A DNA stretch of 60,778 nucleotides, counting the filler, from Sluysia triapertura (Eukaryota), in the NCBI GenBank assembly GCA_046118255.1. It is 4 parts of 4 records of this genome, joined end to end, with 100 filler letters (N's around TTAATTAATTAA, not from the genome) between each part and the next. Parts side by side here need not be neighbours in the genome. Positions count along the whole stretch, not along the records: positions 34,734 to 48,255 come from JBJNIA010034821.1; positions 48,356 to 60,778 come from JBJNIA010111090.1; 2 more parts are not named here. One strand, written 5' to 3'. Position numbers and translations under genes: made by a program. The notes under the pieces were generated by a model, which saw only the letters and a list, made by a program, of their open reading frames with translations, did no database searches and was not told the DNA's origin. How positions within the stretch are numbered: position 1 is the stretch's first letter; each line of letters opens with the position of its first letter. Below, piece by piece: positions 40,709 to 53,588 of this stretch.

Positions 40709-43700
40709 TGCCGCGTATTGTGCTCGATGGCAAGTTTCCATCACAAACCACTCATTTGCCCAAAATGTTTGAAGCAATTCGAGCTTTATTACTTCAACTC
40801 GGCGAAACTTTGCTAAGCAAGAGACGAAGATTTCATCCGAATGATTTAGATATTCGTTTCCCAGATAATTTATATGTATCCATGGAATTGTTGAAAAAAT
40901 TGGTCAGACAAGTAAACTACTATTTCAGTGACGCTAACATAAAGAATGATTTGTTTTTGCTAAGTCGAATGAAAAAGAACAGTGGCTGGGTTGATATAGA
41001 TACAATATTTCAATTTAAAAGAATACAAAATTTGACGAAAGATAAATATGTATTAATATATTCGATATGTTTTTCGGATGAAGTACAAATTGATCGATTA
41101 GGTCAAAAAGTACGACGTCGTTTGCCATTACCAATTTGGGATGTGTCGATTTATACTAGAACTTTGTTTGTCTGGGGTTACAAAAAGTATCTTAGTGATG
41201 CTCATGAATTGTATCATTCCTTGACGGTTAGCTTATTGATTTTAGTTTTTTAATTATTTACATATCTATTATACAGGTTGTCCCAAAATTAACTGAACCG
41301 CAAACTTAACTAAAATTAGATATCAAAAACGAGAAATTTAATAGGTATATATTTAGTATTTACAATTGTTCAAAATCTGTCCACCTTGAACTTCAATACA
41401 GCAAAACAACTTTTGACAACTCTGTGACATACTTTCTGGCAAGTTTCCTCTTAAATTTTGTCCCATTCGTCCTGAATACTTTGTTTTAGTTGATCAATAA
41501 TCCGCGGCTTTTTAGCATAAACTGTCAGATTCGAGGATCTGGAAGGCCATTCGATTGGTCCTCGGCGTCCAATCCAAAGTCCACGAAATTTTTCATCAAT
41601 AGGAAACACTTTAGTCTTAAGCATATTAAGATAACGTTCACCATTAACAGTTCCTTCAAAAAAGAATGGGTCAACTATGCCGATTCCAACCCAGACTATG
41701 ACTCTAGGAACTGTGACTTCCGTTTCAATAATACGATGGGTATTCTCACTCTCCCAATAAACACAACTTTGTCTCTTAACACGCCAATTCAATTTGAAGC
41801 TAGCTTCATCTCTCCATAAGATGAAACATGGTAATTCTTTACAAAATTTCCAGGTCATCCTCATTTAGGGCGTGAAGTAGATGCAGTTTCTATGGTTTTA
41901 GACCAATGCCATGCAAGATGCGGTGGAGTGAGGTTCGATAAAGGTTCAGCTCTTTATTTAAATTTGCATTTCGGTTACCCTTTATGTTGATAATAATAGA
42001 TGATATTAGTTTTTTGACAGCTTATTAAAATCATGAATAAATTTAAGACATTCTCAATCCCAACTTCTTTATCTTTAAATATCTGATAAATTTAGTCATA
42101 TTTGAATTGTATATTTTCAATGTTTAATTTAAATATCTTCCAATTTCTGATAACTTTTATTATAATATTGCTTATAAATTTATTTATAATTTCTAATTTT
42201 TGCATTCTAAAAAAATTTTAAAAGTCGGCTTAAGGCCTGACAAACAATATTCAATGGGCAAGTTATCGTAATAAAAGAACAATCATTAATCGTATTTTTG
42301 ACAATATCCGAGTAAAAGAAGAGTTGTTAAAATGTTATTGATATATTTTCACACCATATTTCCTGACTAATAGTCTTAATCGATATAATGGACTAATAGA
42401 TGAAGTTATTCTTTCGATTAATCTATCACCAGTTAGTATTATTAAATCTGGAATTAGTTCTGCCAATATTTTCGCTAAAACTTAAAATTATCATTTATTT
42501 TTACACTTTCAGAAATGTAAAAATTGATGTATTTTTACATAGACTTCTCTTAAATTCACCAAGAAAATTCAGTACTACTAATTCAAGGTAAATGTAATAA
42601 AAAATTACTGCCTAAATTATTATGAGACAAGTATACATATTTAATTGATGTAGCCATTAAGTCACATAATACCATTGAAGCATTATCATAATGACTTAAA
42701 TTTATTGTTATCACACTTATGCAATTCGATAATTTTTTACCAAGATTTTGTGATCATAAAGGAGTTAACCGATTATTATTGTAACATAGCATTAATAAAA
42801 ACGGAGTAATGCCGATGTCACTTAGATAATTACTAAGTAAATTAAATTTTGTTCATTCAATACTATCATAATCTGTTAATTTGCTTTCATCAGTAAATGA
42901 TTGGATTAAAAATTCGGTAATGTCAATTAAACATAAAATTTAACAGTACTAATAGATGTAGAGCTCTCCGTTACGTAATATTTTAATATGTAATGTAACA
43001 AAAATAAAAAACATAATTAATTAATTAATAAAAAAATCAATAAATATTTATTTCATGGAATTACACATTATTTCTGTAATATGTAGTCTATTAGAGTATG
43101 TTGATTTTGAGCTTACTATCCAATGTTTTTCAATCAACTTATCTTATTGTAAAATAAGAAAATCGAACTTGTTGAAGAACAACGTACAATATAAAACAAA
43201 AGTAGAAGTATAAACAGAAGTAGATTAAAGTTAATCATTGAAGTTATACTTTAGATTATAATGAAATTGCCAGTTATCCAAGCACGACTTGTTAATGCAA
43301 GCAAGCACTTACCGGCTGATTTAAAAAGCGCTGCAGTACATGTGCCTGGATTAAATGTTAAACACAAAATAACCGTGGCAGTGATTGAATTTACTGATAA
43401 AGAATCAATGCATTTGTCTATTCCTAATATCAAAACTTTTTTTGGAACTTGCAGCTACAAATTCTTGGGTTAGTTTAATAATTCGAATTGTCATATGAAA
43501 TCGAATGACGTTAATTAACGTTATTTGGAATTTCAAGCAAAATTGTGAATAAATAAAAAACATTAAACTGTGTTTTACGAAATTATCAAAATACGGAAAT
43601 TCAAGCTTACATGTGAGCACATCCTCCAATTTTCATTTTGAACAAGAATCCTCTGATTTATTTTCGGAATCATTACTTCCCTGATCAATAGTTTCTGTTC

Positions 43701-46700
43701 CAATTCTTTCATCGTAATTTATCCATACGCAGCCGTCCTTGGATACATTTATCGGTGTTTCGATTTTCATTTTCTTCTGGTTAGTATTAACATTGGTCCT
43801 GATATTGTTAGCTTCTCTTGTCGCTTTGACACGAACCATTTATACAAGCTCTGATCAAGTCACATCCTTTCATTTTATTGGACAATGATGATGTATCTTA
43901 TGCAATATCTTACGTTTCTGTTTTCTTCAGTTGAAAAAGTAGTTCTGCCAATCTTGTATTCATTGTCAGAGGCAATGTAATGTTACCTTTCCAATACGTT
44001 TTCTGTGCATCTAGAAGTTCGATAAACTTCTTTATTCTAGAGTAACAAGTTAATGTAAAATGAATTTAGAGCCAAATTGTATCTGCATTACAAGTCAGAG
44101 ATGAATTCGTCTGATTTGTATTGTAATGTTGAATTTTATGATGTAATTTATCTTTCGAATTAAGATAGTAGTGTTATCTTTTGATTTGAATGTTAAGCTA
44201 TATCAAAGTTATGAATCATAATCATATTATACAATGTTCTAAATGTCACACAGCTCATAGATATAAAATAATAATAGTAATAATAATATTAATTTATATT
44301 GCACTCATCTACTGCAAAGTACTCAGAAGCGCTTTGTACAAAAAGCTATCATTGTACAAAAAGTCTGAAAATGCTCTAAATTTGGTATTCAAAATGTTGG
44401 GTTTGTTAAAAAAAATGAAATTATGGAAATTGTTGAGATAGCATTAGTTTTTTTGGTTTAATCTAAACTTGCATCAAAAATGTAATGGATATTTTAATAA
44501 ATAATAGGTGTTACATTAGTGGACATTGTTTCAGTTAAATATGAATCTTTTGAATATTAGTAATACAGATAAATCATACAGACAACTAATTAATTCAAGA
44601 AAAGAAGTTTTAGATGAATTTTATGATTATTTGCACATTATTGTGGATTGAAAAACGAGTAGAAATTTTTTAGCCTAAAATGTAAGTCATAAATGATGGC
44701 CAATGTTATATTTATTAATAACCGATAATTATAGTAATATTATTATTATTATATTATTATATTTCAAATTGTATTATTGTTATTAATTATTAAGTGTTTA
44801 TCACTAAATAAATTGAACAAATAATTTGTTATTTGAATGTATTATTTTTTAATGAAATAATAATAATGATGATGATGATGATAATGATGATAATGATGAT
44901 AATAATAATAATAATTTGTATTAAGGTGATTTTAAGAAATACAAAAAAGCAGAGGTAATAACTGAACTATACAAACGAGATGAAGAATTCATGGATTGTC
45001 CTGTTGTACAAAAAAGAGAGCCAAGTTTAGAAATTGTGCCTGGCGGTAAAATGAAACCAAAGCCACAAAGAACAAAAAGGAAATGTATTAATAAGAAAGT
45101 TGCATTATATCCACCGATTTTCATTAATTGGACCAGAAATTATGAGTTGCTTAATAAAACTCAGAAATTTACATCCTTAAATCCAAATGTAAATGAAGCA
45201 TTTAAAATAGAATCAGAAAAAAAGAAGAAAGCTGGAGATGTAAAAAAACAAAAAGAGGAACGCCACAAAACTCAAGTAACAAATGAGCAACGCAATAGGG
45301 CAGAAGGAAAAATACCGAAAAAGAAAAAGAAAAAAGGATCTGCTGTAGTAAGTTCTGCAAGTTCAGTTCCATCAATTCCATCTACTTCAACTGCTTTATC
45401 GCAATTGAGTATTAATAGTTCTACAGGCTGCACTTCAAGAGGAAGAAGCGCTAAACGTACCTTAACTCGCAGGTTAGACCCAAGGTCACAAAGTGAAGTT
45501 TCTGTACGACCACGTTTTTCCACACCTACGCAGACTGGATTAGTACGACCTATGAGTCAACCTATGCTCTACACTGAACATTATTATAACATGGCTCAGT
45601 TGCAGTATCAATTACAACTTCAAGCCCAGGCTCAAGCTCAGTTAGTTAATTATTTTATATTGTTATTTATATGGATTAATTCCATTTGATATGCTGATTT
45701 TCTAAATATTGGGTTGGTGCAGAAATTCGTGCTGTTTTAACTGATTTGAGTTATGTTATCCATTCATCTGAATTATCTATTTATATCATTTTCATTACCC
45801 TCATTAAAATGGAGTGTAGGTAGATAAAAATGAACATTTCCGGCATCTTTTCTGTCCATGTCGAACCGTCATCTTTGAAAACGAAGAAGGACCAAAAATA
45901 ACCGAGCTTCTTCAAAAGCGTGGAATTGACAAACTGCCAGAACGATGAAAGGAAGTGATCGATTGTGGCGGAGAATATCTCACCCATTGTGACAGATTTA
46001 ATAAATTCATTTTGTTATCTGGAATTTTTTGCATGGTTTTTATTCTTGATCAGTATGCATTGTTCGTAATTGTAAAAAACCATACGAACTTATGCACCCC
46101 AACCAAATAGTATCGTTTAGCCCTTTCAGCAGCCCCGGGACCGCCATATGGCGTCAATGGCGATTTTTTCTCTTACACAACGGCTATGCAAGATCCTACT
46201 AAAGTAATACGAAGAGCATAATTTTAGCTTCCTCCAGGTATAAAGATTATTTTTTGTCAAATGTTTACTAACTTTTTATAAACTTTTTCGTAACTTTTCA
46301 ATAGATATTTATGTTTGAACTTTGACCTATATATTTTTACTTCACGTCAATATTTACAATTTTCATACATTTTTCCTAAATCATCATCTATAAAGACAAT
46401 AAATCACCATATATCTTAAGGGAAAAAAATTCGGGGCTGAAAGGGTTAATATTTAACAAAGTAAAAATAATAAATTGAGAAAGTTACAAGGGTAAATAAA
46501 TTAAAAGCTCTAAACCCTAAATAACATGCTGATTTTATTTGATCAATTTAGACAAGAACTTATGTACACGTACTATCCACCTGTGCAACCGTATTACATT
46601 CCTGTTGTACCTCAGCCGAATGTGGCCGATTATTTAGAATTTCCACCTTTGCAACAGGTACAAATAATGCAAAACATTTATTCTCCTAGTGTACCTATTA

Positions 46701-47077
46701 TGGCACAAACATCTGATCATTCGATATCAGCTAGTGCAGCTTCAGTTTCATCCACTGGTCGTAATATAGCACCTGACGAAAGAAGTCGTTCTTCGAATGT
46801 TTCTGCGTCGAAGGTAGCCCAACAAGCGACAGGAGCAGAAGTAGGTGCAGCCTCGGCAAATACAGCCTCAGTATCATCCAGTGGCCGTAATATAGCACCT
46901 GACGAAAGAAGTCGTTCTTCGAATGTTTCTGCGTCGAAGGTGGCTGAACAAGCGACTGCAGCAGGTTCGGCTCCGCCAATCGATCCGAACAATAATGCTG
47001 CCAGTGCAAAAGCGCCTGATGAAACAAGTTGTTCGAGTAGTAGAAGTAAATCGAAGGATAGCAAACAAAATGCATAA
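40709..47077 (+). CDS. LARP6: La-related protein 6-like (La motif + RRM + long low-complexity C-terminus); exons 40709-41226, 43255-43468, 44926-45640, 46552-47077
   Basis: La motif LVRQVNYYFSDANIKNDLFLL..KKNSGWVDIDTIFQFKRIQNLTKD..KVRRRLPLP. LARP6-type RRM ..KHLPADLK..VAVIEF. All three GT-AG junctions (phases 0, 1, 2) keep the frame. The 5' start is uncertain. Confidence 0.82.
41273..41960 (-). mobile_element. Tc1/mariner (rosa/DD41D-like) transposase remnant in LARP6 intron 1
   Basis: ILWRDEASF..VYWESENTH..VIVWVGI..PFFFEGTVNGERYLNML..WIGRRGPIEWPSRS. A TA-CAGGTTGTCCC TIR is at 41273. The segment with the second catalytic Asp is deleted. Confidence 0.85.
44265..44345 (-). mobile_element. LINE (L2/CR1-type) 3' tail
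   Basis: Minus strand TGTACAAAGCGCTTCTGAGTAC..TGCAATATAAAT followed by (TAT)n resembles L2-type 3' ends. Confidence 0.45.
45709..46107 (+). mobile_element. Internally deleted mariner element in LARP6 intron 3
   Basis: TA-TTGGGTTGGTGCAGAAATTCGT ... ACGAACTTATGCACCCCAACCAAA-TA ends. Internal GIDKLPER*KEVIDCGGEY. Confidence 0.88.
46121..46445. mobile_element. piggyBac-type MITE
   Basis: CCCTTTCAGC(AGC)CCCG / CGGGGCTGAAAGGG TIRs, flanked by TTAG and TTAA. Confidence 0.8.
46735..46965 (+). repeat. 126-bp (42-aa) in-frame tandem duplication in the last LARP6 exon
   Basis: ASVSSxGRNIAPDERSRSSNVSASKVAxQAT occurs twice. CGTAATATAGCACC is at 46760 and 46886. Confidence 0.95.
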
Positions 47078-47600
47078 GTAAAAAATGTATATTTTGAAAT
47101 ATGTTCAATTAAATATTGTTTCAATTGTTTGTTTATTTGTTTATAAGCAATTTGTTTTCCAGATAAAGACACCTCATGTTTATTATTATTATTAGTTTAT
47201 TATTATATATTTTGAAATTGATTGATCTATGTAATTGATGATTTGAATAATTCACAAAAAGTATAGCCCTAGTCGATAACTGTGTATATCTACAATGATT
47301 AATTTATTGAAAAATAAGCAACAGTATCGAACAAGAAAAGAGCAATAAATAATATTATTTTGTTATATCTTGAATTTTCTATATATATTATATCTTGAAC
47401 TATATATTTATATATAATGTTTTTTAAATTAATTTTCTATTGAACTTTTATATGAAGTTTTATTCTGATATGTTCATGTATTCTGATGCGAATATACTTT
47501 TTACAATAAATGTCCTGTTTTGAGTATTGATAATATTTTATAATCATAATTATCAGTTTGGAATAAAGAACTTACAACGAAATGTTTTAAATATTTAAAA

Positions 47601-48255
47601 CAGCGTTTCTCAACCTTTTTAACTCGCGGCCCAATAAAATTTTGTAACTCTATCAATAACTATTATCCCAAATTTAAGTTCACGGAACAAAATCAAAACT
47701 AAGTCGATAATGTACTATTAAACAAAAATTCGTAATAAAATTTATTAATGAAAATCTTTACTAAAGATTGAAAAGCACTAAAATAACAAAAATGACAATA
47801 ATGTTTATAATAAAATTAAAGACACTAAAATCTACTTAAACCAAAACAACCAGGAGTGACGCAACATCAAAAAATGGATATCCAGAAAGTTTAGAATAGT
47901 AATCTTAAAAATATTTTAAAATAAATTAGCCAGAGAGTTGTCTGTAAAATCACTTTAAAATAGCTGAAAATCAAAAGTATTTTAAATATATAATCATTAA
48001 CAAAAATTGGGCAGGTAGTTGTATCTAAAATCACTTTAAAATAGCTGAATATAAATAAAATTTCAATAGGTGTTTCCTAGCAAAAATCTTCACAAAATAT
48101 TTTGCAATAATTTATGCGATTAGTATTAAAAATTTATAAAAATTACGAGGGACTTTTCCCACAAAATTATTATTAAAAAAATTCAAATAAAATTTATCCG
48201 TTAATTTAAATAAAATAAAATTAACAATACAAAAAAATTTACCACAAACATGGAT
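47601..48255 (+). mobile_element. hAT (Charlie-like) non-autonomous element, left part
   Basis: Starts with CAGCGTTTCTCAACCTTTTT..CGCGGCCC, typical of Charlie-type TIRs. It has an internal direct repeat and runs toward the gap. Confidence 0.6.
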
Positions 48256-48355
48256 NNNNNNNNNNNNNNNNNNNNNNNNNNNNNNNNNNNNNNNNNNNNT
48301 TAATTAATTAANNNNNNNNNNNNNNNNNNNNNNNNNNNNNNNNNNNNNNNNNNNN
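48256..48355. other. Artificial contig spacer
   Basis: 44N-TTAATTAATTAA-44N. Confidence 0.98.
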
Positions 48356-48419
<64 letters not shown>

Positions 48420-48432
48420 AATACTAATAATA
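48356..48432. repeat. (TAA)n microsatellite at the contig start
   Basis: Directly visible trinucleotide run. Confidence 0.95.
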
Positions 48433-51230
48433 ATGTTAATATTAATAATAACATGCAGTATGTGTTATGATTAATCTCACATCTTAATTCATAGACGGTT
48501 TTAGATTTTAATTCTGCTCGAAAGTTATTCTTTCACTGATAATGTTAAATTTGAAGACTATTAAATTCTCTTCCATAATAAAATTTTAACGTAAAAACCG
48601 ATAGCTTTATTTATATTTCTTTAATTGTTTACTGTTATTATAAATGTTAACTTTATATTTATAAATTACTTCAAAGTTTATTCTCCAAAACTTTACTGAC
48701 TAAGCTTTAAATCTTAGTTATTAATCTAATGATTCTTGATCTAATTTAAATTCTCTTTATAACTTTAACTTAAATGTGCTACCTAATTTACGTAATGCCT
48801 TTCATAAATTTAACTTGATGAGTGTGAGTTCAATACTCGTTTCTGTTCTTACAGATGGAAGTGCTAGTTGAAATCTTATAAACATAAACTTTTATAATCT
48901 TATTTTTCGATCCATTACTGATCACTAGATAAAGTTTTATTCAATTATAAATATATTAGGCGACATACTAGAGCTTGTAAACAGTGTACAATTGTGGTTA
49001 TAATAATGACAAAAACAGGGAAAATTAATTTTATATTTTGTGCAAGAAGATAAAATTCACTTACGTTATCTCTGGACTGTCGTGAGTTGGCTAAAATTCA
49101 AATAGTAGAATTCTCTAACAATAAGTTCTCGATCTGTAATAAAAATAAGTAAATGAGTTCTTGGTCAGCAGCAATTAAATTCTGGATAAACAATAATAAT
49201 GTCAATGAATTATTGGTACTTCTATTTATACTGTGTATCATATTAAAATAAATTACTTATTAGTGATTTATGTTACAATTCTACCAAAATTATGTGCATT
49301 GTATTTTATTTAAAACTTTATATTCCTGCATATTAATTTATTTCAATATTAAATGCTACTAAATTATTTTATAGAAATTATAAACATATTTTTATAAGCA
49401 TATTTTACATTTCTGCATATTAATTTATTTCAATATTATAAATTTAGACTACTAATTTATTCAGTAAATTATTTATGCAAGATAATTGTTAATGTGGTTG
49501 TTTATTTGGATTTTAATCTGCGTGAATCCCTTCGGATATTAAGCTTACTCAATTAAGGGCTAATGCGTAAGTGACGCATAAAATAGTTAATTGGAGGTTT
49601 TATAAAGAAACGTCGATAACCTAGCTAAAGAGCTAATTGCAGTGGTGTCAGAAGTTTAGTTTCTGTCTTATTGCAATGACATGTTGAAATTATGTAATTT
49701 ACGTCAGATCTCGAAAGGGAAATCTGCAATTATTTGATTTTAATATTACAATATCTATTTGTCAATAATTTTGAGGTAATTTTACAACTATGTAATATTT
49801 TAGTTACGAAAAGAAAAAATAAATAATTTTTATGATAAGTAAAATATATTTTGACAAAACCTTGAAATATTGTTACAATAAAATATGCTCTAATGATAGT
49901 ATTACTATAATATTTATATAAGAATTACAAAAATTATGCGCTTGGTAATAATTTTGTTTTTTTAATTGAGTTTAGAAGTAAGTTACATCAACCCTTTAAA
50001 CGTTTGAAGAAAAATTGTAAAATATTTTTCATCAATTAAAAATTGTATAACTTAAAATAAAATAGACTAACGGAACTATTAAAAAAATAATTGTCTTGCG
50101 AGTTAAGATTTGAATTGTCTGTACTGCTAAAGGTGTCACTAAACTGTTACTGTTGTCTGCTAATGCTATATTAATATTACTAAAAATCTTTTTGTGTGAA
50201 TTTAAGCATTTTTGATATTGCCTGTAGATACTAAAATTTATGAAGGTCAAATTTGTAAACTCATTTAGTTTAAACAAAAATTTTAAATTATTTTAAAAAT
50301 TAAATTGTTCCGTTTAATCATATTTATAGAAATATTAATAAAAAACAAAATATACTAGCATAAAATTAAAATGTCCGAAATATTAAAAACAATCATAAGA
50401 TTTTTCAAAATAGTGATTTAAGAATAGCTTAAAATGTTATTTTATACAAAATGATTTCATATAAAATCACATACGTACGTACACAAGTCTTTATTATTTT
50501 TGACGTATGTACACACATAAATGATTAAATGATTAATTGAACACATATGATTAGATGATTAGTTGACATTTATTACAAGTAAATTCACGCATTAAAAAAT
50601 TATACTTATATTTGTCTGGGCTCGTAATTTATTTACAGAATCAACATTGGCTGATTTATTTATTTACTTTAATAATTTATTATTTTATTTTATTTATTAA
50701 TTTAATTTAATTTAATTTAAATTCTTTAATCCACAAAACACAATTCTTAAACAAAAAAATTTTTATTCAATAAAAACATTTAATTATTTAACAATATAAA
50801 CGAAAAACTTAGCAACATTAGATGAAATTAGAAATTAGCATTACTTTTAGAATCATAGTTTGATCCATTATGATCTCAAAATTTTGTCTTTGCCAACACA
50901 TTATGTTTTACATATTTCCTATAAATCAGTATCCACTTTTGCCATAGCGTCGTGATAATGTAAGACGTTTTAATTATTGAAACTGTCTTTTGAGAACGTA
51001 GTTAAAATTAAAGCTTTTTACTAATTGTTTTTTCAAGATTTCAAGCTATCATTTGTATTAGTAACATTATTAGTGACATTTTGAGTTTTAATTCTTTAAT
51101 CGATTAAATTGTTTAAGCTGTTCCATTCGGTCTACTTTATCAAAATAAGTATAAATACAGATTGTATGACTTAATAACTGTTAGGTTGTCATCACAATTT
51201 TTTAAAATAATCAAAAATGTTATAATACAC

Positions 51231-52451
51231 CTATCCCCCTATGTGCGTAGGGGTTTTTGTTTGTTCATCATTCTTGGATTTTAACTTTTTAATCTTATCT
51301 TTAGTATGCAATGATTTATTGTTATCAATTACTTGCTTAAGGCACTTGAAATTAAAGTTTTGTGAATAAAAGTCAATATAAGACATCGAAATTCTATTAC
51401 TAGAACTTTTAAATGTATCTACAATTAGTTTATCAATACATGACCTGTCCGATAACGGTCTGATTCGTTCAATAGCGTTGTAGTGTCCGAATGTTATAGC
51501 TAAACACGATCCAGATCCTCGATTCCGAGCTTGAATTGTCCCGTCAGCATTCCCGCGGACAATAATACAGGAAGTTTCATTACTCTCAGTAAAACATCGT
51601 ATTTGAAAAGAAATAATAAGGCTTAACGGTAAAGAAGAATAACCAGAACAACTAACAGTTCGTAAACTGTTTTTAGACGACCATATTCCAAGAATATAGC
51701 CGAAACTAAATGACACAATTTTAAAGTTACTAATTACATTAGATGACATAATTTTAAACTTGTTATTTATATTAAGAGATATAATTTTAAATTCATTATG
51801 TATATTATAATATATATCAACAGAGAGACATAACTTCTTCTCCCTATTTTCTTCAACTTCGTCTTTACCGTCACCTTTAATATTTTTGAATTGTGCAGAT
51901 TTAAAATATTCGATTTCAAAACTTTTAAAACTTGGTGATACTGTAATCATTCTCGTCAGAATGAATTGAATTGCATAATTGTTATCACGATCTCTCATAT
52001 AATAAATCTGCACAAATTCATTTAATAAATTAGTTTTAAAATCAGCATTTAAGGCACATCCAACATTTCTGGATAGTGACTTAGAAAATTTTTTAAATCT
52101 TTTTGGCTTTTCTTCTAAGTCATTATCAATTAAATCAAACGACGCATGATAATTACTTACGTTTAAATTAAATTCAGACATGTAAATTAAAAATTTCTCA
52201 AGACTAAACTTGTTACATAACAGTAGGTATAAATGATCTTTGCCGTGATACTTTATCATCATTTGATAGTCACATTTATTAACATATTTATTTAAATGAG
52301 GTTTCATATCGCTGTCTTTGTATTTACATGGTTTGTAATGTAGCATTTCAATGGAATCATCCTCAACACTAAAATCGCACTCGTCTGTACGTAAATCTGG
52401 AATAATAGCTTGGAAATCCTCACCGACTTTAAAACTCATGTAAGAATTCAT
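51231..52451 (-). CDS. 406-aa intronless chimeric ORF: degenerate ELM2 + SANT-like region fused to beta-TrCP/FBXW-like WD40 repeats
   Basis: FKVGEDFQAIIPDL..EMLHYKP is ELM2-like. EEKPKRFKKFSK..LNEFVQIYYM is SANT-like. KIVSFSFGYILGIWS and IIVRGNADGTIQARNRGSGSCLAITFGHYNAIERIR resemble [36 protein letters not shown]. Whether the ORF is functional is unknown. Confidence 0.6.
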   Translation of the reverse strand: MNSYMSFKVGEDFQAIIPDLRTDECDFSVEDDSIEMLHYKPCKYKDSDMKPHLNKYVNKCDYQMMIKYHGKDHLYLLLCNKFSLEKFLIYMSEFNLNVSNYHASFDLIDNDLEEKPKRFKKFSKSLSRNVGCALNADFKTNLLNEFVQIYYMRDRDNNYAIQFILTRMITVSPSFKSFEIEYFKSAQFKNIKGDGKDEVEENREKKLCLSVDIYYNIHNEFKIISLNINNKFKIMSSNVISNFKIVSFSFGYILGIWSSKNSLRTVSCSGYSSLPLSLIISFQIRCFTESNETSCIIVRGNADGTIQARNRGSGSCLAITFGHYNAIERIRPLSDRSCIDKLIVDTFKSSSNRISMSYIDFYSQNFNFKCLKQVIDNNKSLHTKDKIKKLKSKNDEQTKTPTHIGG

Positions 52452-52498
52452 AAAACATTCAAGGTTTGCTAAAGTGCACTTGGATGCGTTAAATTTAT

Positions 52499-52798
52499 CT
52501 ATTTAAATTGGTTATTTAAAATTAAACATTTACCTTTGACAATTAACAAGTATCGATACACTTGTGTCATTCTATCGCTTACACGAAACACATCAACTAT
52601 AGCTCCAACAATGAGCTCTGGTAAATTCATGTCGCTTTCTAAAGGAGTATAATGGACAAAATGAATTGGAACATTACTTATAATAATACCAAAATCTTTA
52701 TATTTGACTCGTATAAAATCATCATAAATTTCTTGCAACTGAACTAGGTAATTTCCTCCATTTTCGCTTCGGATTTCTATAGTTTTTAAACCGGTCAT
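52499..52798 (-). pseudogene. Intronless FMR1/FXR N-terminal Agenet (Tudor) domain fragment
   Basis: IEIRSENGGNYLVQLQEIYDDFIRVKYKD..VPIHFVHYTP..VDVF aligns by eye with FMRP [39 protein letters not shown]..VEVY. No KH domains follow. Confidence 0.7.
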
Positions 52799-53372
52799 TC
52801 GTACAAAATGATTTTTAAAATTTTTTAATTTTTGTGCCATATAGTAATAATAAAACAAAAATAATAATAAAAATAAAATAATAAGATTAATAATAAAAAT
52901 TAGTAAAATAAAATAATAAAAATAATAATAAAATAATAATAAAAATAATCAAAATAAAAATAATAAAATAATAATAAAATTAATAAAAATAAAAATAATA
53001 AATTAATAATGATAATGGTGATAATAATATCTATATAGAGGTCACATCGAATTTTCTGAAACAACTTTTAACAGCCATAATTTAATTTATTGTGCTTAAT
53101 ATATATTTTACATAATAATAATTATTGCTCAGTACAGAAATGAAAAAACCCCAAATAAAAATGATATTGTCAAAAAAATAAAAATTTGAAAATAAGCTAA
53201 AATTTATTTTTGACTGCGTTGCAATAATTTACATTTAGTAATTAAATTACATATACAAAATTTTGAACATTTAAAAAAATATGATTTAATACAAATGTCT
53301 AAAGATAGAGTTCTTCTTCTTTTTTACTTTGTTATCGTGACACCGTTTTCTCTAGAAAAACGAATTTAAAAA

Positions 53373-53588
53373 TTAATTTTCATTATTTTCTATTAATTTC
53401 CTTTCGTCCAACTCCTCATGCGTAAAATCTCCACTCCTTAAGTCATTTGTAACACATTTTGAATATAATTTCACTTTATCTGTGGATGGATCATTTGTAT
53501 CTCCAGCTGAAAATCTGGGAAAAAATTCTTGAAAGCATTTATCATAAGATTCCTTCGATGTTTGACACTCCGGATAAATACATTAGAT
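53373..53588 (-). pseudogene. TRIAP1/Mdm35-like twin CX9C protein pseudogene
   Basis: The frame reads I*CIYPECQTSKESYDKCFQEFFPRFSAGDTNDPSTDKVKLYSKCVTNDL, matching TRIAP1 (C..MKREYDQCF..WF..KFLKGD..DPC.DLFK.YQ.CV). The start is lost, codon 2 is a stop and the third Cys is Ser. Confidence 0.8.

Noticed and set aside
43405-43839. Minus-strand ORFs in LARP6 intron 2 starting MVRVKA (PAF15/histone-like start; SKDGCVW piggyBac-like)
   Set aside because: Similarity covers only a few residues, so no call can be supported.
46717-47172. Antisense ORFs over LARP6 exons (also 44921-45523) and over gag
   Set aside because: Shadow frames of repetitive, higher-GC coding sequence.
53373-53588. Alternative genetic code or stop readthrough as an explanation for in-frame stops in the mosaics
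   Set aside because: Intact genes here read normally with the standard code, and the mosaics also show frameshifts or lost conserved residues, which fits decay.
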